From positions 1 through 25,666 of the forward strand of contig JAUWVG010000001.1 in the NCBI GenBank assembly GCA_030617525.1: a stretch of 25,666 nt of DNA, in the 5' to 3' direction. Below, piece after piece: positions 16,808 through 24,279 of this stretch. This DNA is from Candidatus Aminicenantes bacterium. Lineage in GTDB: Bacteria; Acidobacteriota; Aminicenantia; Aminicenantales; Aminicenantaceae. The notes below the pieces were generated by a model. That model saw nothing but the letters and a program-made list of their open reading frames with translations. It searched no databases and was not told the origin of the DNA. The position numbers and the translations under genes were made by a program. Within the stretch, counting starts at the first letter, position 1, and each line of letters opens with the position of its first letter.

Positions 16808-18938
16808 GATTTTTTCCTTTTTGTGAAATCGGAAGTTTGAGTATCACTCTGGTTCCCTTGTCCAAATCACTCTCTAAAATTACTTCGCCTCCATGGGCTT
16901 TGACAATATGGTCAACAAGAGTGAGGCCAATTCCGCTTCCCTCGATGTTTTTTTGGGTGGGATCGACAGATCGATAAAATTTTTCGAACACTTTTTTTAG
17001 TTCATCTTTGCTGATTCCGACACCCATATCCTGAACCTCCAATAAAACAACTTCTCCCTCGAAGCGAGCTCGGAAATATATCAATGGATCCTTTCCCGAA
17101 TATTTGACAGCATTGTCAAGCAGATTAAACAGGGCCCTGGAGATCCCTTCTTTGTCTGCATGAATAATTGGCAAATGGTCAGATATCTCACATTCCAAAG
17201 TCACATGTTTATCAGCAACATATTCCTCGAACCTCTGAATAACATCCTTGACCAGTTCCCCAACACCCATCTCTTCAAAAAGGTATTTCTTCATCCCGGC
17301 CTCTATTTTTGAAAAATCGAGCATATTCTCGATAAGCCGGCTTAGACGTTCACTTTCTTTGCTGATCTTTCCATAATAAATGCTTTTCTTATCCTCTCCC
17401 TTCACTCGCCCTGAATCGAGCATCTCGGAGAGATAGCGGATGGACATTAAGGGTGTTCTGAATTCATGGGATACAGTAGAGACAAATTCCGATTTTAACC
17501 TGGCCAACTCCAACTCTTTGGCAGTACTCTTGATCGCCATAAATCCACCGAAAAATAAGACGGCCATTACAACCACAACGATAAGGATATAGACATTTCG
17601 CCTCAGGTTGTACTGCCGATCCGAAGCATTCGGATATTTCTGGAGTATGTGGATTTGCCAGGGAGGGAAATCCTGATCGAATCCCAAAACAATAGGCGAG
17701 CTGAGACCGTCCGCTAAAGAATCCAAAACCTCTTCTCCTAAAACAATGTGGCCGTCGGAATCGACAATTTGAAGCAACCAGTCCTCAGGGATCGGGAGTT
17801 TATCCAGAATTTGTGGGAATCGTTCTTCAATCAGAACGGAGTTGTCTATACGGATTCCCAGGATAATGTCATTTTGGACAGTTGCAGCAGTGATGAGAAA
17901 CAAATTATCACCTAAGATCTCAGAAAAACGGGAAAATTCATTGGCCTTGCTGTTAAGCCCGAATAATCTGGCTTGAACAAGGGGAATGATCTTTTCTATC
18001 AAATCCTCCTCCGCTGTCAATTCTCCGAGCTTGGCATCTGCCTGCTTTTCGAATTCATCCCATCGATTCTTGAAATCCACATCCTCCGATGCACCCCTCC
18101 ATTCAGTTTTCCATGTCTCCCCCATTTTATTTATAATGCTTCGATAAAACTGAAACTGTGAATTGTCCAGGGACCATTTAGGGCCCTCCAGGCGGCTGTA
18201 GAATTCCAATATAATTTGTCCTGTTTTTTCAGGCTCAGTCTTTTGAGTAATGGTACCCATCTGAAAAAAAGCGATGATCCCAAGGGGCACGCCTTCAGAA
18301 CTCATCTCATTGGAAAAATCTTCAAGGATTGTATTGTAGGTGTTTATAGCTTGGTTGAGATTTCCCAATTTTTTGTAGCATCTAGCAAGGCGATTTAAAA
18401 CCAGAGCCTTGGAAGAATCATCCTGAAACGAGTTTGCTAATGTTTTATAGGACTGAATGGCCAGAGACAAATTTTGAGTTACAAGCTCAGCCGATTCCGC
18501 CGTTTTAAAGAGTCCGAAACTCTCAATTTTTCCTAGATTGAGTCCGGCAAGACGCCTCCTTTCTGATGTGAGAAACAGAGGGCTCTTGAGAGGAAAAACC
18601 AATTCGCTGTCCGCCCCGGCCAGAAAGATATCACCAATGAGAGCTTCAGTTTCAGCGCCCAGACAGCAGGCCTCTGACAATTTTTGTATGTCCTGCTGTG
18701 TTCGAGCATCTGATACAGCAGTCGTTATCTTCTCTTCAATCTCCGAAAAGAGGGAGTCGATTTCACCGGTCAAAAGAGAGGCATATCTCTGCTGCTCTCT
18801 TTCAAGGTCCCTCTCTCGTGCAAGTTTTTCCCTCTCTGCTTCCCGGACAGCTAGAGTGGTCAAAAAAAAGCCTAAAACTAGAGTGAATCCGGCAAGTAAA
18901 ACAACCGATCTTCTCTGCCAATTCAGTTTAAAGACCAT
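16800..18938 (-). CDS. HK4: membrane sensor histidine kinase with TPR-like extracytoplasmic domain (712 aa)
   Basis: Two TM segments; AESAELVTQNLSLAIQSY...LNRLARCYKK; VSHEFRTPL; NLLDNAVKYS; DMGVGI; FEKFYR; GSGIGL. Confidence 0.96.
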   Translation of the reverse strand: MVFKLNWQRRSVVLLAGFTLVLGFFLTTLAVREAEREKLARERDLEREQQRYASLLTGEIDSLFSEIEEKITTAVSDARTQQDIQKLSEACCLGAETEALIGDIFLAGADSELVFPLKSPLFLTSERRRLAGLNLGKIESFGLFKTAESAELVTQNLSLAIQSYKTLANSFQDDSSKALVLNRLARCYKKLGNLNQAINTYNTILEDFSNEMSSEGVPLGIIAFFQMGTITQKTEPEKTGQIILEFYSRLEGPKWSLDNSQFQFYRSIINKMGETWKTEWRGASEDVDFKNRWDEFEKQADAKLGELTAEEDLIEKIIPLVQARLFGLNSKANEFSRFSEILGDNLFLITAATVQNDIILGIRIDNSVLIEERFPQILDKLPIPEDWLLQIVDSDGHIVLGEEVLDSLADGLSSPIVLGFDQDFPPWQIHILQKYPNASDRQYNLRRNVYILIVVVVMAVLFFGGFMAIKSTAKELELARLKSEFVSTVSHEFRTPLMSIRYLSEMLDSGRVKGEDKKSIYYGKISKESERLSRLIENMLDFSKIEAGMKKYLFEEMGVGELVKDVIQRFEEYVADKHVTLECEISDHLPIIHADKEGISRALFNLLDNAVKYSGKDPLIYFRARFEGEVVLLEVQDMGVGISKDELKKVFEKFYRSVDPTQKNIEGSGIGLTLVDHIVKAHGGEVILESDLDKGTRVILKLPISQKGKNHG

Positions 18939-19067
18939 TTTTAAAAAGCTTTCAGACTTATTCTTAACCTTCCAATTATTTTTCCTCAGCCCCTAAGTCG
19001 TACAGAGAAAACAGTATAACGTAAGTATCAAGATGTCAATTCTGTCCATCCTCCAATTTGTTTCCTC

Positions 19068-19120
19068 AGTATAGAACAAGTTCAAGCTTTTTATGTTGAG
19101 AACAGGTTGAGTTTGAGTGG
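19068..19120 (-). promoter_or_regulatory. HK4 promoter: CTCAA-N6-CTCAA plus -10
   Basis: CCACTCAAACTCAA (19120-19107), 13/14 identical to the P4 upstream CCACTGAAACTCAA; second CTCAA (19100-19096); TATACT (19073-19068) 22 bp downstream. Confidence 0.65.
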
Positions 19121-19196
19121 ATTTTTTTTCGGAAGGCTTTCGCCTTCGACCGCCATTTCAAAGATTATGGATACGAGATCCATCCTCCCTTATAAT

Positions 19197-19229
19197 AGAA
19201 AGGGGACGGTCCCCGAAAGAACCGTCCCC
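19197..19229 (-). terminator. Intrinsic terminator after P5
   Basis: Perfect 9-bp stem GGGGACGGT (19202-19210)/ACCGTCCCC (19221-19229), then TTTCTATT on the minus strand. Confidence 0.8.
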
Positions 19230-19250
19230 AGCAATACCCCTTTTAAGGAT

Positions 19251-21419
19251 TTATTTTTTGTCTTTAGTTTTGGGCAGGAAGTTTTCCATCACCCAGACAT
19301 CTTTGATTCTATGGTTTGAACCGAAAACAATTTTTTCTCCGTCAGGATGAACCGACATCCAGAGGATATTATCTTTATACACTCCGAGTTTCTGCAGGTT
19401 TTCTCCTGATGCAGATATACGCCACAGATCATGGGAATCTCGCTTCGGCAGTCGATAAGAGGCAAAAATGAGTTCCTGGCTTTCGGGCATCCAGGCAATT
19501 GTTGAAATCTGCTCTCCTCTTTCCTTCATTCTGAATATCTCTCTGGGTTCTCCTCCAGCAGTGGGTACAATCATAAGAACCGGTGACCAGCCTTTATTGA
19601 ACGCCAGCCATTCTCCGTCAGGAGATATGGCCAAATCGTGAGAAAAAAAACTATTTCGTCCGACTATATAACTGGGATTGAACTCACCTCGGCAGATTTC
19701 CTTTTTTTCTTTGCTTTTAAGATCATACTTTATGATTTGTCCGTATTCTTTTTGAGGATGCTGATAGGTATAGAAAATCTGTTTTCCATTGAGTGCCCAC
19801 TCCGGTTCACTGACAACATCATTGGATTCGAATTGAATAATGGATGAGATTCCACCAGTTTTTACATCCACCAAGTAAAAACCCTCTTGATCTATTTCAG
19901 CGCTTCCAACAACCAGAATGGAGCGCCCATCAGGAGACCATCGTGGTCCCCAGATATATCTGAGTTCAGGAATAATTTCATGTTCATCACCGGTCTCCAG
20001 ACTGCGGATACAAAGCGGATGTTTTGCATATCCGGAATCTCGGTTCGATACATAAGACAAATATTTGCCATCGGGGGACCATTCCGGAAAGACATTTCTA
20101 CCCACAAAACGTTGTATGGCTTTAACAGGAGGAAATTGAATTTTTTCTCTCTTTGAGTCAAAGTCAGCCGTAAAAATATCCCTTAAATTGCCTACCAACA
20201 AATAATGGAATGAGTTATCTTTAGTAAATCCCAAAGGCCATAAAGTTCCAATGTCACTTTTAATCAACCGTAGATCTCCATGAGGACTTCCTTCTTTCAC
20301 ATCAGCAGCCCACATATCCCTAGTTCCGGATCGTTTACTGGCAAAAATAACCGTTTTCCCATCATTGGACCATCCCAAGGTCAGGTCATCTTCCGGATGA
20401 TCATTCAGAGAGATTTCACTGCTTCCATCCACCGCCAGAAGAGAAATATCACGCTTTCGAGAGTCTCCTTCGGGAGAAAAATCTCCGGCTATGTATTTGC
20501 CATCGGGTGAAAAGAGGCCCAATCTCCTCGGCTCACTTGTGGGAGGAGAATCATATTCTTTAAGCACGCGCATGGATCCGTCTTCGACAGAAATCAAAAC
20601 TGCCTGATAAGCCATGTATTTTTCACCAATAACTGCAAATATAAGCTTGCCATTGGGAGACCAATCAACGGGGTGTATTTGTTTTTTATCAGCCGTCTTA
20701 TAAATCACTCGAGGTTCATCAAGATCAGGTCCGATAATGCACAATTCAGAGGACTGCTTCCTATTAAAAGTAACTTGGTTTCCGTCAGGAGACCACACAG
20801 GAAATCCACCTTTTATGGGAGTTTGGTTTGTTTGTTTGATGGATATTTTCCCTTTGTCTTGTAAGAAATCCTTTGTAATAAGACATCTTTTTTTAGTGGA
20901 AAATTGGAAGACGCCTAAATTACCCTCAATATCCGAAAAAGACAGGAATTGACCATCAGGAGAAACCCTGCCCAGATTTCCTCTCCCCAAGGGGGGAAAT
21001 TCCCAAACCTTTCGAATCCTAAACTCTTTATCACTTTTAATAGCAGGAGATTTTGCACTCAGTAGAGCTGATAATTTTTCGCGGGCCAATTTTACGACAC
21101 TGGACTCCGTAGGGTAGTTGTCGATAACCTTCTGGAAGGCGTCCTGTGCCTCCTTTATGCTTTTTTGACCAAATTTTTCGTAGCACAGCCCGATCCGAAG
21201 CTGGGCCTGGGCGGCAATTCTGTGATTGCTGCTGAATTTCTCGATGATTTTCTGATAGAGATCGATGGCCCCTTTCAGATCACCATCCACCTCTTCTTTT
21301 TCAATGGCAGAACGGAGCATAACTCCAGGATCCTCAGTTTTCTGAGAGACCCCAACAATGGATAAACTCACTCCCAAAAAAATAATCAGAATAATTCTTT
21401 TGATCGATTTTTTTTTCAT
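19251..21419 (-). CDS. P5: exported TPR + PD40/TolB-like beta-propeller protein (722 aa)
   Basis: MKKKSIKRIILIIFLGVSLSIVG; TPR GDLKGAIDLYQKIIEKF...AQLRIGLCYEKFG; SPDG repeats; ends VWVMENFLPKTKDKK. Confidence 0.92.
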   Translation of the reverse strand: MKKKSIKRIILIIFLGVSLSIVGVSQKTEDPGVMLRSAIEKEEVDGDLKGAIDLYQKIIEKFSSNHRIAAQAQLRIGLCYEKFGQKSIKEAQDAFQKVIDNYPTESSVVKLAREKLSALLSAKSPAIKSDKEFRIRKVWEFPPLGRGNLGRVSPDGQFLSFSDIEGNLGVFQFSTKKRCLITKDFLQDKGKISIKQTNQTPIKGGFPVWSPDGNQVTFNRKQSSELCIIGPDLDEPRVIYKTADKKQIHPVDWSPNGKLIFAVIGEKYMAYQAVLISVEDGSMRVLKEYDSPPTSEPRRLGLFSPDGKYIAGDFSPEGDSRKRDISLLAVDGSSEISLNDHPEDDLTLGWSNDGKTVIFASKRSGTRDMWAADVKEGSPHGDLRLIKSDIGTLWPLGFTKDNSFHYLLVGNLRDIFTADFDSKREKIQFPPVKAIQRFVGRNVFPEWSPDGKYLSYVSNRDSGYAKHPLCIRSLETGDEHEIIPELRYIWGPRWSPDGRSILVVGSAEIDQEGFYLVDVKTGGISSIIQFESNDVVSEPEWALNGKQIFYTYQHPQKEYGQIIKYDLKSKEKKEICRGEFNPSYIVGRNSFFSHDLAISPDGEWLAFNKGWSPVLMIVPTAGGEPREIFRMKERGEQISTIAWMPESQELIFASYRLPKRDSHDLWRISASGENLQKLGVYKDNILWMSVHPDGEKIVFGSNHRIKDVWVMENFLPKTKDKK

Positions 21420-21439
21420 CTAACTTTACCTCTACCATC

Positions 21440-21493
21440 AATATAACGATTAAAAATCAAATCCGTATCCAGGAAGTGTCCAGAGTTTGTCAA
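21440..21493 (-). promoter_or_regulatory. P5 promoter: three T(T/G)GA(C/T)A repeats at 11-bp period plus -10
   Basis: TTGACA (21493-21488), TGGACA (21482-21477), TGGATA (21471-21466); TATATT (21445-21440) 20 bp downstream, the same geometry as P2. Confidence 0.7.
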
Positions 21494-21498
21494 GATAT

Positions 21499-22173
21499 TC
21501 AGCCTTCAAAACGGTATCCCCTGCCCCTCACGCTGAGGATATACTGGGGTTTTTCAGGCATAGGTTCGATTTTCTTGCGCAGGTTGAGGATGTGAGTGTC
21601 CACCACCCTTTCGGTCACAATAACGGCAGGTCCCCAGGCCGCATCGATCAATTGATCGCGGCTCAAAAGCCGGCCGCGCCTGCGGACAAATGTCTCCAGG
21701 AGGCGGAATTCCAGTGCGCTCAAATTGACAGGCTGGCCGCTGATGCGGACTTCTCCGCGGTCAAAGTCGACTTCGCATTCTCCAAATTGAAATATACCGA
21801 GGGAATCATCCGTGATCCTGCGGAGCAGGGCCTGGATCCGGGCACGCAGTTCCCGGGGACTAAAGGGTTTTGTGATGTAGTCGTCCGCGCCCAACTCTAA
21901 GCCAAGAATCTTTTCGGCTTCATGCGTTTTGGCTGTCAACATGATAATCGGTGTTTTAATTCCCTCACTGCGGAGCTCCCGGCAGACTTCGAATCCATCT
22001 TTTTTCGGAAGCATGAGGTCAAGGATTATCAAGTCCCATTGAGAGTCCTTTCCTAAAAACAAAGCCCTCTCCCCATCACCCACGGTTTCGATCTGGTATC
22101 CATGGCTGGATAGGTCCTCCTCCAGGCCGAGAGCAATGTCTTTGTCATCTTCGACTATCAGTATCTTTGGCAA
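21499..22173 (-). CDS. RR5: OmpR/PhoB-family response regulator (224 aa)
   Basis: Start reassigned from 22260 to TTG 22173 (GGAGG about 8 nt upstream, 4 bp after the HK5 stop); ILIVEDD, LIILDLMLPKKDG, GADDYITKPF; RVVDTHILNLRKK, SVRGRGY. Confidence 0.96.
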   Translation of the reverse strand: MPKILIVEDDKDIALGLEEDLSSHGYQIETVGDGERALFLGKDSQWDLIILDLMLPKKDGFEVCRELRSEGIKTPIIMLTAKTHEAEKILGLELGADDYITKPFSPRELRARIQALLRRITDDSLGIFQFGECEVDFDRGEVRISGQPVNLSALEFRLLETFVRRRGRLLSRDQLIDAAWGPAVIVTERVVDTHILNLRKKIEPMPEKPQYILSVRGRGYRFEG

Positions 22174-22177
22174 ATGT

Positions 22178-24139
22178 TTATCCTCCAGCAGGCAGTTGTA
22201 TTGTAAAGGTACTGCCCTGCCCGGACTCGCTTTCGATTGATATTCGCCCTCCATGGGCATCTACGATATGTTTGACCACGGCCAGTCCGATCCCTGTCCC
22301 TTTGATTCCAAGGTCGCTGGCGTTTGCCCCCCGGACAAACTTCCGGAATATCCGTGACCTCTCGGATGTAGGGATTCCAAATCCCTGATCCCGAACCCGA
22401 ATTGTCACTGGATCGCCTTCCTCAACTTTAACATTAATTTTCTTTTTCTCCCCTGAATATTTCACTGCATTATCCAGAAGATTCCACAGGGCCTGAACAA
22501 GCGCTTCACGGTCACCATCGACTATTGGGCCCTTATCAGGAACGACACATTTAATTACAGTGCTATCATGTCCGGTCTCTTGCAGAAATTCTTCAACAAC
22601 GGTTTTAGCCAACAAGCCGGCATCCATCGGTTCAATTTGATAGGGACGTGCACCCGCCTCCATCCGGCCAAAATCCAGCAGGGATTCCACCAGTCTGGAA
22701 AGTCGACTGGTCGCACGGGCCTGTGCCTGGTAGAAGACGCTTCGCTTTTCTGCTGGAAGGGAATCGTCTTCATTGAGCATCTCTGTGAACTGCCGCATAG
22801 AAGTTAAAGGTGTCCTAAACTCATGAGAGACAGAAGAGACAAAATCCGCTTGGAGTCGGGCGGCAGCCAATTCCCTGGAGACTGCACGGCTGATAAGATA
22901 GCTCAACGTGATAACAAGTAGAGTCAGTATTCCCAATCCCGCTATCATCAGCCTCCGGCGCTGGGCGAACTGGCTCAAATCCGCCTCAAGGTTTGCATTG
23001 ACAAGATTGATGTCCCAGGGCAGTCCGGATACCGAAGCGGTACGGGAAGAAAAGGGAATATCTCCCTCTCGTTTACTGCCGTAGATTAAAGTTCCATCCA
23101 ACTCATACAAACTCACTCTAACCGAACTGAAATCCTCACTATTAAAAAGTGGATCATACCACTGACTTTGCTGATAGAGAGGACCTGAAGCAAAGGCTGT
23201 TATTTCATCATTCGACTTTTGCCAAAGGACAGTGACAGAAATACCATAAAGTGAAAGTGATCTGCGACCTGCTGTCCCCTGTTCCATGTTATTCATAGAT
23301 TCCCTATTCTCCCACAGCCAGACAACGGCATCAGCTAGAGCTTTAGGCCCAAAATCCGTATCAGGCTCCCGTCCCAGCCACTCTTTTGCCAGATCTGTAT
23401 AATAAATGTAAGAGGCACGGTCAAGACGCCAGCGCTTACCTATCAAATCTTCAAACAGACTCTCGGCCTCCTTCTGAAGCTGATCCAAGCTGCCCATTTT
23501 TTTTAGAAGAGAACAGCGGGCACGGCGTGCCACAAGATCAGCGGGAACACCTGAAATTGTCACCTGAGAACCTGAAGCAGAATTATTGAGTTTCTTGTAT
23601 ATATCAAGAGCATCATCCAGCCGGCCGGCCTTTCTGAGGTTTCTAGCCAGTCGAAGTTTTGCTGCCCCCGCTGTAAAGGGATCTCGAGAATTGGATAAAG
23701 GACGCAGGAGTGTGATAGCTCTACTATAATCATTATTCTGGAATTCGGCTCTTTCAGCATCTGTAAAAAGCTGGGATGGAGCTTCATTCCCGGATGGCAC
23801 GATCGGATAGAAAAGCAGTGTTTTTTCCGGCTGAACACGGATCCCCTCAGAATTCATAAAAATCCAGACAAAATCTTCTTTTTGGGCAAAGTCTGTGGTC
23901 AGGGGATTTGCCAATTTCTGCTCTTCGTCCGAAAGGACTTGCTCTATGGCAGCAATGAATCGGTCTGTGATAGCCTCTCGTTTTTCTTCAAGTTGATTCA
24001 CTTCCAGTATTCGGTCCTGCTTCATAAGACGCAAACCCATCCAAATCAGAGCAAAAACAGATATCACTGCAGCGGCCAGGAATAGAAATGTGGTCTTTTG
24101 AGTGATATGCCCCCAGAATCTCCGTGTTTTCACTGTCAA
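22178..24139 (-). CDS. HK5: membrane sensor histidine kinase with TPR-like extracytoplasmic domain (about 653 aa; start uncertain)
   Basis: Two TM segments; AERAEFQNNDYSRAITL...KLRLARNLRK; VSHEFRTPL; NLLDNAVKYS; DQGFGI; GTGIGL. Confidence 0.95.
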   Translation of the reverse strand: MTVKTRRFWGHITQKTTFLFLAAAVISVFALIWMGLRLMKQDRILEVNQLEEKREAITDRFIAAIEQVLSDEEQKLANPLTTDFAQKEDFVWIFMNSEGIRVQPEKTLLFYPIVPSGNEAPSQLFTDAERAEFQNNDYSRAITLLRPLSNSRDPFTAGAAKLRLARNLRKAGRLDDALDIYKKLNNSASGSQVTISGVPADLVARRARCSLLKKMGSLDQLQKEAESLFEDLIGKRWRLDRASYIYYTDLAKEWLGREPDTDFGPKALADAVVWLWENRESMNNMEQGTAGRRSLSLYGISVTVLWQKSNDEITAFASGPLYQQSQWYDPLFNSEDFSSVRVSLYELDGTLIYGSKREGDIPFSSRTASVSGLPWDINLVNANLEADLSQFAQRRRLMIAGLGILTLLVITLSYLISRAVSRELAAARLQADFVSSVSHEFRTPLTSMRQFTEMLNEDDSLPAEKRSVFYQAQARATSRLSRLVESLLDFGRMEAGARPYQIEPMDAGLLAKTVVEEFLQETGHDSTVIKCVVPDKGPIVDGDREALVQALWNLLDNAVKYSGEKKKINVKVEEGDPVTIRVRDQGFGIPTSERSRIFRKFVRGANASDLGIKGTGIGLAVVKHIVDAHGGRISIESESGQGSTFTIQLPAGG

Positions 24140-24191
24140 ATCATCTTTTCTCTACTCTATCCAACACGGCTAAACTTTTCAATCAAGAAAA

Positions 24192-24219
24192 TGTCAAGAC
24201 TCTGTCCAGATTGTGTCAA
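24192..24219 (-). promoter_or_regulatory. HK5 upstream: three T(T/G)GACA repeats at 11-bp period
   Basis: TTGACA (24219-24214), TGGACA (24208-24203), TTGACA (24197-24192); TTGACAcaaTCTGGACA is 15/17 identical to the P5 promoter. No clear -10 at the matching distance. Confidence 0.65.
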
Positions 24220-24249
24220 AAAAAAGGACGGCCCATGGTCGAGCCGTCC
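24218..24249 (-). terminator. Intrinsic terminator after P6
   Basis: Stem GGACGGC (24226-24232)/GCCGTCC (24243-24249) followed by T8 on the minus strand. Confidence 0.85.
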
Positions 24250-24279
24250 CCATCTCCCCCCCTTTTAAGGGCTTATTTT

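Noticed and set aside
19013-19039. Second HK4 promoter TTGACA-N15-TATACT
   Set aside because: A 15-bp spacer is too short for a confident sigma70 call; kept only as a possibility.
18993-19183. Short ORFs starting at GGAGG-ATG (19183 and 19049)
   Set aside because: The SD abuts the ATG with no spacer, and the products (30 and 18 aa) have no support.
21499-22260. ORF-track starts for RR5 (22260), P2 (3955), P3 (9085), P4 (16025), HK2 (6843), antitoxin (1622) and toxin (1401)
   Set aside because: Downstream starts have better-placed SD sequences or avoid overlap with upstream genes and promoters.
24192-24219. TTGACA repeats as stacked ordinary -35 elements
   Set aside because: Helical phasing, TGGACA variants, sharing with the P5 promoter and lack of 17-bp-spaced -10 boxes favour regulator half-sites, although overlap with a -35 function cannot be excluded.
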